NCBI GenBank assembly: GCA_964534225.1
Contig: CAZHNW010000003.1
Span: 27,224-91,223, forward strand
Length of the DNA stretch: 64,000 bases
Direction of reading: 5' to 3'
From: an uncultured Leptospirales bacterium
GTDB taxonomy: Bacteria > Spirochaetota > UBA4802 > UBA5550
The notes beneath the pieces are model-generated. The model saw only the letters and a program-made list of their open reading frames with translations, did no database searches and was not told the DNA's origin. A program made the position numbers and the translations under genes. Below are positions 19,434 to 27,823 of this stretch, in pieces; the first letter of the stretch is position 1, and every line of letters starts with the position of its first letter.

Positions 19434-20537
19434 TTATGCTCTTTCCAGGAGGGCGAGAACCAGTTCTGTTCCCTTTATAAGGTCTTTGATTGTAATAAAT
19501 TCTTCAGTGGTGTGAACCTTCTGCATGCCGCATGAAAGGTTGATGGCCCTTATGCCGGAGCGGTTGAAAATATTGGTGTCACTCCCCCCTCCCGATATCT
19601 CCAGTGAAGGGGTGATGCCGATTGATTTGAGGGCATCAGTGGTAATTTTTACGATTCGGTCAGTTTCACGGATAATGAATCCCGGGTATTCAAGTTCTCT
19701 CTTAATGGTGACCCTGGCTCCTCTTTTTTTAGCAATTGATTTTGCTGTTTCCCGGATTTCTGTTTCTGTTGCCTTCAGTTTCTTTTTGTCGATGGAACGG
19801 ACTTCAAGCCTGCAGCAGCTCTCGGGAGAGACGATATTGGTGGCGGAACCGCCGCTGATGATACCAATGTTGCTGGTGGTTTCTTCATCAATTCTGCCTG
19901 ATGGTATGGCGGTGATTATTTCAGAAAGTACCGTAATGGCACTGACGCCCTTTTCCGGTTCCATGCCCGCATGGGCAGCTTTTCCCTTTACAAAAAGTTC
20001 CATGGAGGAATGCCAGGGCGCTTTCAGTATTACTTTGCCGACACTTCCCCCGCTGTCAAAGACAAAGCCAGTTCGTGACTCAAGGACTGACATGTCGAAC
20101 TGCTTGATGCCCATGAGTCCCAGTTCTTCGGCACATGAAAAAAGAAGCTCAAGGGGCGGGTGGGGAAGTTTTTTCTTTTTGAGAATTTCCAGCGCTTCAA
20201 TGAACATGGTAATCGCAGCCTTGTCATCGCTTCCCAGTATTGTTGTTCCGTCAGAGGTTATTTTTTTGTCAGTTATCACGGGGGTCACCTTTTCACAGGG
20301 GACTACTGTGTCCATGTGGGAAGAAAGAAGAACAGGCCTGCCCCTGCCGGTGCCCTCAACGCGGGCAAGGAGATTGTAAGAACCGTTGCAGGGATATTTT
20401 TCTATTGTGGCGCCAAGGCGTTTCATCCGTTTGATGATGTAGCTCATGACACGGTGCTCTTTCCATGACGGAGAGGAAATTTTCGCAAGGTCGGTAAAGG
20501 TTTTTATCACTTTTTCTCTGTCTGGCGTATGCATCAT
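19434..20537 (-). CDS. M20/M25/M40 metallopeptidase (peptidase T-like)
   Basis: SHMDTV, GSDDKA, AEELGL, GGGSD, HTTEE zinc-ligand motifs. Confidence 0.92.
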   Translation of the reverse strand: MMHTPDREKVIKTFTDLAKISSPSWKEHRVMSYIIKRMKRLGATIEKYPCNGSYNLLARVEGTGRGRPVLLSSHMDTVVPCEKVTPVITDKKITSDGTTILGSDDKAAITMFIEALEILKKKKLPHPPLELLFSCAEELGLMGIKQFDMSVLESRTGFVFDSGGSVGKVILKAPWHSSMELFVKGKAAHAGMEPEKGVSAITVLSEIITAIPSGRIDEETTSNIGIISGGSATNIVSPESCCRLEVRSIDKKKLKATETEIRETAKSIAKKRGARVTIKRELEYPGFIIRETDRIVKITTDALKSIGITPSLEISGGGSDTNIFNRSGIRAINLSCGMQKVHTTEEFITIKDLIKGTELVLALLERA

Positions 20538-20554
20538 CAGCCCCCGGAAAATAT

Positions 20555-23047
20555 TTAGATCATGGTAATGTTCTTTTTAATCTGCACCGTGTACCTGTCA
20601 ATCATAGATTCTCCATCGGCCACAGTAGGGCCTTCTGCGTAGAGGTGAATGAGAGGCTGTGCCGCATCAGGGAGAATGAGAACCCATGATTCATCTTCAA
20701 AGATTTTTATACCGTCGATCATTTCAACCTTTTCCGGGTCGGCATCAGTAGAGAGCATCCTCATCACAGCGGCTTTTTCTTCGGTAGTGCAGTGAATGGA
20801 GGTAGACTGCATGGTATTCTTGGGAAGGTCTTCCTTTACCTCGTAGAGGGATTTTTTTTCCAGGGTGAGATATTTCAGTACCCGGAGAAAGGTGATCATG
20901 GGGTCGTAAATTTGTTCCATGTAGGGGAAGCGTTCTTTCTTTTCGCCGCCCAGGAAAATATCTGGCATGTCTCCGGGAGAACGGAGCTTTGAGCTGACGC
21001 GTACTGCTTTTCCTCCATGTTCACTGATGAGGTTTTCAAGAACGGAGGATGTGGTAACAGGAATGTTGATCGTGTCTGTTTCACGGTATTTAAGATAGAA
21101 CATGCAGAGAATTGCGCTGATGTCATCCTGGGTGAGGATGTTGCCCAGTTCATCAATGATAGTGATATGGTTTCCGTGGGGGCCTATGATGACACCGATT
21201 TCACGATTGATTTTGGCCATTCTTACCACGTTGTTAATGGTTTTTCTCGTGTCTGCCTTCATCTCGTCTTCGTTTTTAAGTTCTCTTATCTGGCCCCGCA
21301 GGACTGTTGTTTCACAGCCGAAGGCATCGAGGAGGGCGGGAAATACGTGGGCGGCAGTGCCGTTGAAACAGTCGACAATGATTTTCCAGTTTCGTTTTTT
21401 CATTACCTCCTGGTCGATGTAGTTATTGCTGTTGGATATGTATGAATCAAGATGGTGCGTGGCGTATATTATCTGCCCTGTCTCAAAGGCATTTTTACGG
21501 GGGTAATCACCGCGGTAGTAGATGTTTTCAATTTTTTTTTCCATGTTCATGGCAAGTTCAAACCCGTATTTGTCAAAAAGGCGAATCTGGATGAACTGGA
21601 GTCCCGTCATGGGGGAGATCTGAATGTAGCATCCCATGTCAGCATTAAGGAAACGCGTGGAGTAGCGATTGACCGGAACAGATTCGACTTCCATGTCGAA
21701 GACATTGACACCCATGGAAAGAAAGCCTGCAGTAATGGCCCGCTTGATGAGGCGTGCTGCCGCGGTGGTGTCCCTGCTTATGACAACATTCGAGTCTTTC
21801 CCCAGGTAGGCCCCCAGGGCGGACCCGAGCTTCGCCCCGAATTCGGGGGTGATCTTCACGTTGAATGTCCCCACTACACCGTCTGAGCTGAAGAGGGTCT
21901 TTTTTTCCATCTGGCCCCAGATAAGGTCAGTGGTAAGACGTGTACCGTCTTCAATGATCTTGTCGGGCCAGACACGGATTCCCGATGGGATATAGACATC
22001 GGAACCGAGAAGGCAGTCGTCACTGACAACAGACCCTTCGTTGACAGAAACAGCTTCCTGGAAAACACAGCGTTTTCCTATTACTGTTCCCCGTAGTTCA
22101 CACTTGGGGCCGATGACGGTGCTGTGGAGAATGACTGACCGGCGTACCGATGCGTTCTCCTCAATGACGCAGTTGTCTCCTATAACTGAAAATTCAGCGA
22201 CTTCTGCTCCTTTTTTGATGCGGACAAAGTTGCCCAGGAGAACGGGGCCTTTGATTTTTGCCTCGGGATGAATGTCAACATCTTTGCCGGCCCAGACCTT
22301 TTTACCGATTTTTTTCCCGGGTATGTCTATGCTGACGAGCCCTTCGAGAATATCCCTGTGCACGTCACTGTAGGAGGTAAGGTTGCCCACGTCACACCAG
22401 TAACCGTCGGCGATATAGCCATAGATGGGAACATTGTTTTCCTGGAGAAGGGGAAAGAGGTCCATGGAGAAATCGAATTTTTGCGCTCCAGGAACATACT
22501 GTTCTATGAGTGCGGGTTCAATTACATACATGCCCGTGTTGGCGGTATCACTGAAGACTTCACTCCAGGCGGGTTTTTCGAGAAATTTGTCAATGGCCCC
22601 GTCTTCACGTGTGATGACGATTCCGTATTCCGTGGGGGTGCTCACCCTGTTGAGAATGATAGTGAAGAGGCTCTCCTTTTGTTTATGGTATTCAAGGATT
22701 GTGGTGATGTCAAAGTCGATGATACCGTCACCGCTGAGAACAATGAAGGTATCTTTGCTGTCACCGATGGCCTGCTTGACTCCTCCTGCGGTTCCCAGGG
22801 GTGTTTCTTCAACAGAATAGGAGATGTTGACGTCCCAGTCAGAGCCGTCGCCGAAATAATTTTGAATGTTTTCAGGCAGATAAAAGAGGCTGATAATGAT
22901 ATCGTTGATGTCGTGACGCTTGAGAAGATTGATAGCATGTTCGATAACAGGAAGATTGATGACGGGAATCATCGGTTTCGCCCTGTTACAGGTGAGAGGC
23001 CGGAGACGTGTTCCTTCTCCTCCTGCCATTATGACCGCTTTTATCAT
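20555..23047 (-). CDS. sugar-1-phosphate nucleotidyltransferase (mannose-1-P guanylyltransferase-like) with hexapeptide repeats and PMM/PGM-like C-terminal half
   Basis: AVIMAGGEGTRLRPLT, KPM, PLGTAGG, LSGD, FLEKP; LbH repeats; C-terminal PGM fold with a degenerate metal loop. Confidence 0.88.
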   Translation of the reverse strand: MIKAVIMAGGEGTRLRPLTCNRAKPMIPVINLPVIEHAINLLKRHDINDIIISLFYLPENIQNYFGDGSDWDVNISYSVEETPLGTAGGVKQAIGDSKDTFIVLSGDGIIDFDITTILEYHKQKESLFTIILNRVSTPTEYGIVITREDGAIDKFLEKPAWSEVFSDTANTGMYVIEPALIEQYVPGAQKFDFSMDLFPLLQENNVPIYGYIADGYWCDVGNLTSYSDVHRDILEGLVSIDIPGKKIGKKVWAGKDVDIHPEAKIKGPVLLGNFVRIKKGAEVAEFSVIGDNCVIEENASVRRSVILHSTVIGPKCELRGTVIGKRCVFQEAVSVNEGSVVSDDCLLGSDVYIPSGIRVWPDKIIEDGTRLTTDLIWGQMEKKTLFSSDGVVGTFNVKITPEFGAKLGSALGAYLGKDSNVVISRDTTAAARLIKRAITAGFLSMGVNVFDMEVESVPVNRYSTRFLNADMGCYIQISPMTGLQFIQIRLFDKYGFELAMNMEKKIENIYYRGDYPRKNAFETGQIIYATHHLDSYISNSNNYIDQEVMKKRNWKIIVDCFNGTAAHVFPALLDAFGCETTVLRGQIRELKNEDEMKADTRKTINNVVRMAKINREIGVIIGPHGNHITIIDELGNILTQDDISAILCMFYLKYRETDTINIPVTTSSVLENLISEHGGKAVRVSSKLRSPGDMPDIFLGGEKKERFPYMEQIYDPMITFLRVLKYLTLEKKSLYEVKEDLPKNTMQSTSIHCTTEEKAAVMRMLSTDADPEKVEMIDGIKIFEDESWVLILPDAAQPLIHLYAEGPTVADGESMIDRYTVQIKKNITMI

Positions 23048-23063
23048 GGATGATACTCCCTTT

Positions 23064-23087
23064 TAAAAGGCAGCCTGCTGCCTTTTA
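23064..23087. promoter_or_regulatory. perfect 11-bp inverted repeat (operator or attenuator hairpin)
   Basis: TAAAAGGCAGC-CT-GCTGCCTTTTA in the divergent intergenic region. Confidence 0.5.
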
Positions 23088-23253
23088 GTAATGTTTGCTT
23101 AATTATGAAGGTAAAATATCGTTGTTGTCAATTAAAATCCCTCCTGCCGAGTAAGTAACCCGATTTTGGTAATGATCTGCCCTGAGGTATAAGATTTCAA
23201 AAGATCCATATTAATTATTTGACAATAATGGGGTTCAGGGAGCTATCTCGTGT

Positions 23254-23934
23254 ATGGCATGGATTAAAATCTATATATTTTTCAGCGGACCCCTGTTTCT
23301 TGTTACGGTCCTGATCATGGCGGCGGGCATACTGCGCCAGGCAATGAAGGTGCATGCCATGACGCGTCCCCTGTCTGGAGTCACCTCACGCCGGCAGAAG
23401 ATAATCCCCCCGGGTCTGTCTGTTTTTAAAGGCATTCGCCATTCCCTGGCGGGTCGGCATCCTGTTTTTGCCGGAATCACCTTTATGTTTCATTTTTGTC
23501 TTTTTGTGCTGCCTTTATTTATCTCCGCCCATGCAGTGCTGATTTTCGATGCCCTGGGATTGCGTCTGCCTCAGCTTCCTTCTGCGGTTTCCCACTGGGG
23601 TACAAGGCTGGTAATCCTGGGGGGGGTATTTTTTTTGGGACGCCGAATTTTCTCTCCCGTGGTGCGTTATCTGTCACACCCGGGAGATTTTGTCGTACTG
23701 GCCGTGGCAATTGCCCCCTTTGTAACAGGGCTCTGTGCCCTGCATCACGTCGGTGATTACACTATGATGATGGCCCTTCATGCAGTGTCGGGCAATGTTT
23801 TCTGTGTCGCCATCGGGTGGTCTCGCCTGGGACATGGTGTATTTTTTCTTTACAGCCGTTTTGCCATAAGGGGTGAATATGCCCTCGCAGAGGGGAGACG
23901 AAGGTGGCATACGGTCAGCGGGGGTGAGGCATGA
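23254..23934 (+). CDS. tmcC: TmcC/HmcE-family (NarI-like) membrane diheme cytochrome b
   Basis: FFSGPL, HPVFAGITFMFHFCLFVLPLFISAHAVL, PFVTG, ALHAVSG, SRLGH; four His in heme-b-ligand positions. Confidence 0.8.
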   Translation: MAWIKIYIFFSGPLFLVTVLIMAAGILRQAMKVHAMTRPLSGVTSRRQKIIPPGLSVFKGIRHSLAGRHPVFAGITFMFHFCLFVLPLFISAHAVLIFDALGLRLPQLPSAVSHWGTRLVILGGVFFLGRRIFSPVVRYLSHPGDFVVLAVAIAPFVTGLCALHHVGDYTMMMALHAVSGNVFCVAIGWSRLGHGVFFLYSRFAIRGEYALAEGRRRWHTVSGGEA

Positions 23935-24344
23935 ACAAAAGTTCTGTCAGGGGGAATGCTGGCCTGGAGATCGATAATGTCCGCATTGATGAAATGCTGC
24001 GGGAAAAGGAAAAGATAAAGGAGTTTCTCCGTGTCTGCGCCGCCTGTGGTGCCTGCAGTGAAAGTTGTTTCGTCTACCGTCAAAGGCGCCGGGCGGAAGT
24101 TACACCTGCCGCGAAAGCGGACCGTACCCTGGGGAGACTCTTCCGCCACCGCGGAGGTCTCACCCCGGAGATTCTTCGTGACGTGGAAAAAGCCGCTTTT
24201 GCCGACTGCCTTCTCTGCCGGCGCTGTTACTGCCCCATGGGCATTGATATCCCGGGAATGATTGCCTTTGCCCGCAGTATCTGCCGCAGCCAGGGACTTG
24301 ACGGAAGAAGTCATGCAGGGGAAGAAGAGGGGGGGGAATCATGA
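23931..24344 (+). CDS. 4Fe-4S dicluster protein resembling the TmcB/HmcF N-terminal domain only
   Basis: CAACGACSESC and CLLCRRCYCPMGID; 137 aa, no CCG domain. Confidence 0.8.
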   Translation: MNKSSVRGNAGLEIDNVRIDEMLREKEKIKEFLRVCAACGACSESCFVYRQRRRAEVTPAAKADRTLGRLFRHRGGLTPEILRDVEKAAFADCLLCRRCYCPMGIDIPGMIAFARSICRSQGLDGRSHAGEEEGGES

Positions 24345-24805
24345 TGAGACGCCGCTATATTTTCGCCGGTATATTTTTTGCGGTGATGGTTACCCTTTCC
24401 CTGGCATGGGCGGCAGAGATAGATGCAGGGGGGGGAAGTTTTTTCATTGATAACAGGGCATACTATGAGAGCCGGAAACGGGACCGGGTAAACTTCCCCC
24501 ATGAAAAACATATGTGCATGGACCATGCCTGTACCCGGTGTCACCACGACTACCAGCGCGGAAGAAACGTCATTGACCTGAACAGTCTCACTGAAAATAA
24601 CCGGTCAATACGCTGTATAAACTGCCACGGCCGTTACGGTCGTGCACGCGAAAAGCTTCGCCTCCCCGAGGCCTATCACGCGCAGTGCGTTACCTGTCAC
24701 CGGGATGTAATCAAATCCGGCAGGGGGCGCCCCCCTCTTCTCTGCGGTGAATGTCACCTGCCGGTAAAGAAAAATACCCGCAGTACTACGAGGAAGAAAA
24801 AATGA
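24341..24805 (+). CDS. periplasmic tetraheme class III cytochrome c3 (TmcA-like)
   Basis: Sec signal peptide; VNFPHEKH; four CxxCH motifs (CTRCH, CINCH, CVTCH, CGECH). Confidence 0.9.
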   Translation: MMRRRYIFAGIFFAVMVTLSLAWAAEIDAGGGSFFIDNRAYYESRKRDRVNFPHEKHMCMDHACTRCHHDYQRGRNVIDLNSLTENNRSIRCINCHGRYGRAREKLRLPEAYHAQCVTCHRDVIKSGRGRPPLLCGECHLPVKKNTRSTTRKKK

Positions 24806-25473
24806 TTGTCGCGAAACTGAAACCTGAAAGTGAACTCATGCCGTTTCTTTTAAATTATTCGTCACTTCTCGTGGCGGGGTGCGGGGGCTGTACCTCTGTC
24901 TGTTATACCGGCGGCCTCAAGGAGACAGATGAACTGGCGCGGGCCATTTCACGGGCCGCGAAAAAAGAAAAGAAGAAAATTACTCTCTATACCCACGTGG
25001 TTGAGCAGCAGTGCGATACTGTTTTTTTCGAGGATATTGAAAAATATGCGGGGGAAGTTGATGCCATCGTGTCACTGGGCTGCGGCGCCGGGGTTCAGCT
25101 CCTGGCGGAATACTTTCCCGTGATACCGGTCTACCCGGCACTCAATACTCTTTTTACCGGTTCCAGTTCGGTTCCGGGAATCTTCGAGGAACGCTGCCGC
25201 AGCTGCGGAGACTGTCAGCTTGCCTGGACCGGTGGTATCTGCCCGGTTACACGCTGTGCCAAGGGAATATTTAACGGTCCCTGCGGGGGCTCTGAGCAGG
25301 GACGCTGCGAGGTAAATCCCGACGTGGCCTGCGCCTGGTGCGAGATATATGAACGCCTCGAGAAACAGGGGCGTCTCGATGAGATGCTGAAGGTGAAGGA
25401 GCCGGTACTCTGGCAGAGCTCACTTCCGGGAGAGTTCAGGCCCTGGGAAAGGAGAGGCGGCAATGACAAATAA
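24802..25473 (+). CDS. metV: methylene-THF reductase Fe-S/Zn subunit MetV
   Basis: GCGGCTSVC, EQQC, GCGAG, CRSCGDC..TGGICPVTRCAKGIFNGPCGG..GRCEV..CAW. ATG 24802 overlaps the upstream TGA. Confidence 0.9.
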   Translation: MIVAKLKPESELMPFLLNYSSLLVAGCGGCTSVCYTGGLKETDELARAISRAAKKEKKKITLYTHVVEQQCDTVFFEDIEKYAGEVDAIVSLGCGAGVQLLAEYFPVIPVYPALNTLFTGSSSVPGIFEERCRSCGDCQLAWTGGICPVTRCAKGIFNGPCGGSEQGRCEVNPDVACAWCEIYERLEKQGRLDEMLKVKEPVLWQSSLPGEFRPWERRGGNDK

Positions 25474-26389
25474 AGCAGAGGGCTGCAGCCGCCTGCAGCA
25501 GAAACTCATGGCGGGAGAATTCGTGGTTACCGGCGAACTGGGCCCTCCCCGGGGAACAGATGTAGAAAGGGTCCGAGAAAAGGCGGGCCATCTCCGGGAC
25601 GTGGTCGACGCGGTGAACCTGACAGATAACCAGACCGCCATTGTGCGCATGTCAAGTATTGCCACAGGGAAAATTCTTCTCGACATGGGAATCGAGCCCA
25701 TTATTCAGATGACCTCCCGCGACCGGAACCGCATTGCCATCCAGTCTGACATTCTCGGGGCCAGCGCCCTGGGCATAAAAAATATTCTCTTTATCAGCGG
25801 CGACCATCAGACCTTTGGCAACCAGGGCTGCTGCCGTTCAGTTCATGATCTCGATTCGATGCAGATGCTCATCGCGGCGCGGCGCATGCGCGATGAGGGA
25901 AAACTGATTCATTCCGAGGATTCCCTCCAGGGGGAGGTGCCTCTCTTTATCGGGGCGGCGGCGAATCCCTTTGCCGATCCCCTGGCTTTCAGGCCGATGC
26001 GCCTGGCAAAAAAGGCCGCGGCGGGGGCGGATTTTATTCAGACACAGTGTATTTATGATATTGAACTTTTCAGGCAGTACATGGACCGCGTTGTTGACAT
26101 GGGGCTCCATGAAAAAATTCATATCCTCGCGGGACTGATGCCCCTGAAGTCTGCTCCCATGGCGCGCTACATGGCTGAAAAGGTGCCGGGTGTACGGGTG
26201 CCGCCGGCGCTGGTAAAACGTCTCGAGGGTGTTGAAAAGAAACGCGCCGCTGATGAGGGTATCGAAATTCTGAAAGAACTGGCTCATCAGGTGAGGGAAG
26301 TTAAAGGCATCGCGGGATTTCACCTCATGGCGGTGGAGTGGGAGCACCGCGTGCCGGAAATCATTGAACGTGCCCGCCTGCGTCAGTAG
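25463..26389 (+). CDS. metF: 5,10-methylene-THF reductase, MetV-associated (acetogen-like) type
   Basis: VTGELGPP, NLTDNQTA.VRMSS, QMTSRDRNRIAIQSDILGA, GDH, AGADFIQTQ. Confidence 0.92.
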   Translation: MTNKAEGCSRLQQKLMAGEFVVTGELGPPRGTDVERVREKAGHLRDVVDAVNLTDNQTAIVRMSSIATGKILLDMGIEPIIQMTSRDRNRIAIQSDILGASALGIKNILFISGDHQTFGNQGCCRSVHDLDSMQMLIAARRMRDEGKLIHSEDSLQGEVPLFIGAAANPFADPLAFRPMRLAKKAAAGADFIQTQCIYDIELFRQYMDRVVDMGLHEKIHILAGLMPLKSAPMARYMAEKVPGVRVPPALVKRLEGVEKKRAADEGIEILKELAHQVREVKGIAGFHLMAVEWEHRVPEIIERARLRQ

Positions 26390-26895
26390 ATATAGATGAC
26401 CTTCCCAATGATGGCGTCTTTATGAACAGGGCCGAAGTAGCGGCTGTCATAACCACGGTCGGCATTGTCCGCCGTGAGAAAGTATTCTCCCCGCCTGAGG
26501 CGCAGGGGGGGCATAATGTCCCTGGTGGTAAAATGAAGGGGAAGGATTCTTTCATCACGTGAGATCCTCTTCCAGGGGGGGGTAAACTTCCTGCCATTAA
26601 TATAGAAAATTTTATTACGCATCTCAACACGTGCCTCGTCGGCTGCGGTGACCCTGAGGAGAAGGGTTTTGCCCGGGTCTTTGGGATGGTCGATGAGTAC
26701 CACGTCTCCCACGCGGGGCGTGGCGGTTTTCAGTATCAGAAGGCAGCTCCCTGTTTTGACTGCCGGCTCCATGCTGTGGTTCTCTGCCCGGCAGGGAAGT
26801 AGAAAGATGCGGGCAACGAGGAGCCCCAGGATCAGCCCCCCCAGGACCATTATCAGCTTGAAGGGAAGGAGGATGCCGTCATGTTCTTTGTTCAT
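26383..26895 (-). CDS. signal peptidase I-like protein (S26), catalytic Lys apparently lost
   Basis: HSMEP box B, GDVV, DN..GYDSRYFG box E; box D reads LLLRV instead of IKRV. Confidence 0.75.
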   Translation of the reverse strand: MNKEHDGILLPFKLIMVLGGLILGLLVARIFLLPCRAENHSMEPAVKTGSCLLILKTATPRVGDVVLIDHPKDPGKTLLLRVTAADEARVEMRNKIFYINGRKFTPPWKRISRDERILPLHFTTRDIMPPLRLRRGEYFLTADNADRGYDSRYFGPVHKDAIIGKVIYIY

Positions 26896-26956
26896 TTTTT
26901 ATTCCTCTGTTTATTGACGCATTTTTCCAGGGAAAGCCGCCGGGGTCAAAACAAAT

Positions 26957-27823
26957 TTACCCCGGCATCAGGTTCAGGTCTTCCATGATACGGATGACGG
27001 CTCGTGACCTGTTGACGGTGTAGATGTGAAATCCCGGTACACCCCATTCTTTGAGCTGATGGCACTGTTCCACGGAAAAATCGAGTCCCGCTTCGCAGAG
27101 TTCTCCTTCGGTGCTGCAGGTATCCAGGATGCGGGTCAGGTTGTCGGGAATAGTGGCACCACAGAGGCCGGTTATCTTTTTTATCTGCTGGTGGCTTGTT
27201 ACGGGCATGATCCCTGGTATAATGGGGACCCTGATCCCCAGCTGTTCAACCCGGTTCATGAAGGTATAGAAATATTCATTGTCATAGAAGAGCTGAGAAA
27301 TAATGAAACTGGCGCCGGCATCTATTTTTTCTTTCAGGTGTCTGATATCAGTTTCAAGATCCGGGGCCTCGATATGTCCCTCCGGGTAGCCTGCCGCGGC
27401 AATGGTAAAGCCGTTGATGCCGTGAATGAATTTGATGAGCTCGCTGGCATGGGCAAATCCATCGGGGTGAGGGGTAAAGTGAGTTTCCCCCGTCGGGGGG
27501 TCGCCCCGCAGGGCTAAAACGTTCTGGATTCCCTTTTCTTTGACTTCTTCGAGATAGTCGCGTATTTCATCCCTGCCGGCATTGACACAGGTAAAGTGAA
27601 CAAGGGGCTCGATGCCGAAACGGATGTAGACATCCATGGCAATTTCAAGGGTCTTATCCCGGGTCGATCCCCCGGCTCCATAGGTGACGGAAACGAAATC
27701 AGGGCGGTATACTGAGAGTTCCTTCAGCTCATTCCAGAGGATTTCCTCTCCCTTTTCTGTCCGGGGTGGGAATATTTCAAAGGATACAACGAATTTCTGC
27801 TTGTAGAGTTTATCGAGTCTCAT
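26957..27823 (-). CDS. metF: 5,10-methylene-THF reductase, conventional (E. coli-like) type
   Basis: SFEIFPP, SVTYGAGGS, HFTC, ALRGDPP, AAGYPEGH, KIDAGA..SQLFYD. Confidence 0.95.
   Translation of the reverse strand: MRLDKLYKQKFVVSFEIFPPRTEKGEEILWNELKELSVYRPDFVSVTYGAGGSTRDKTLEIAMDVYIRFGIEPLVHFTCVNAGRDEIRDYLEEVKEKGIQNVLALRGDPPTGETHFTPHPDGFAHASELIKFIHGINGFTIAAAGYPEGHIEAPDLETDIRHLKEKIDAGASFIISQLFYDNEYFYTFMNRVEQLGIRVPIIPGIMPVTSHQQIKKITGLCGATIPDNLTRILDTCSTEGELCEAGLDFSVEQCHQLKEWGVPGFHIYTVNRSRAVIRIMEDLNLMPG

Noticed and set aside
19525-23053. Long antisense ORFs (e.g. 19525-20379, 22268-23053; also 47039-47698, 44410-44940)
   Set aside because: They shadow well-supported genes on the opposite strand and have no motifs or RBS.
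24342-24344. Selenocysteine readthrough of the TGA ending the short Fe-S gene
   Set aside because: The readthrough frame closes after about 14 codons with no CCG-like sequence, and the TGA overlaps the cytochrome start codon.
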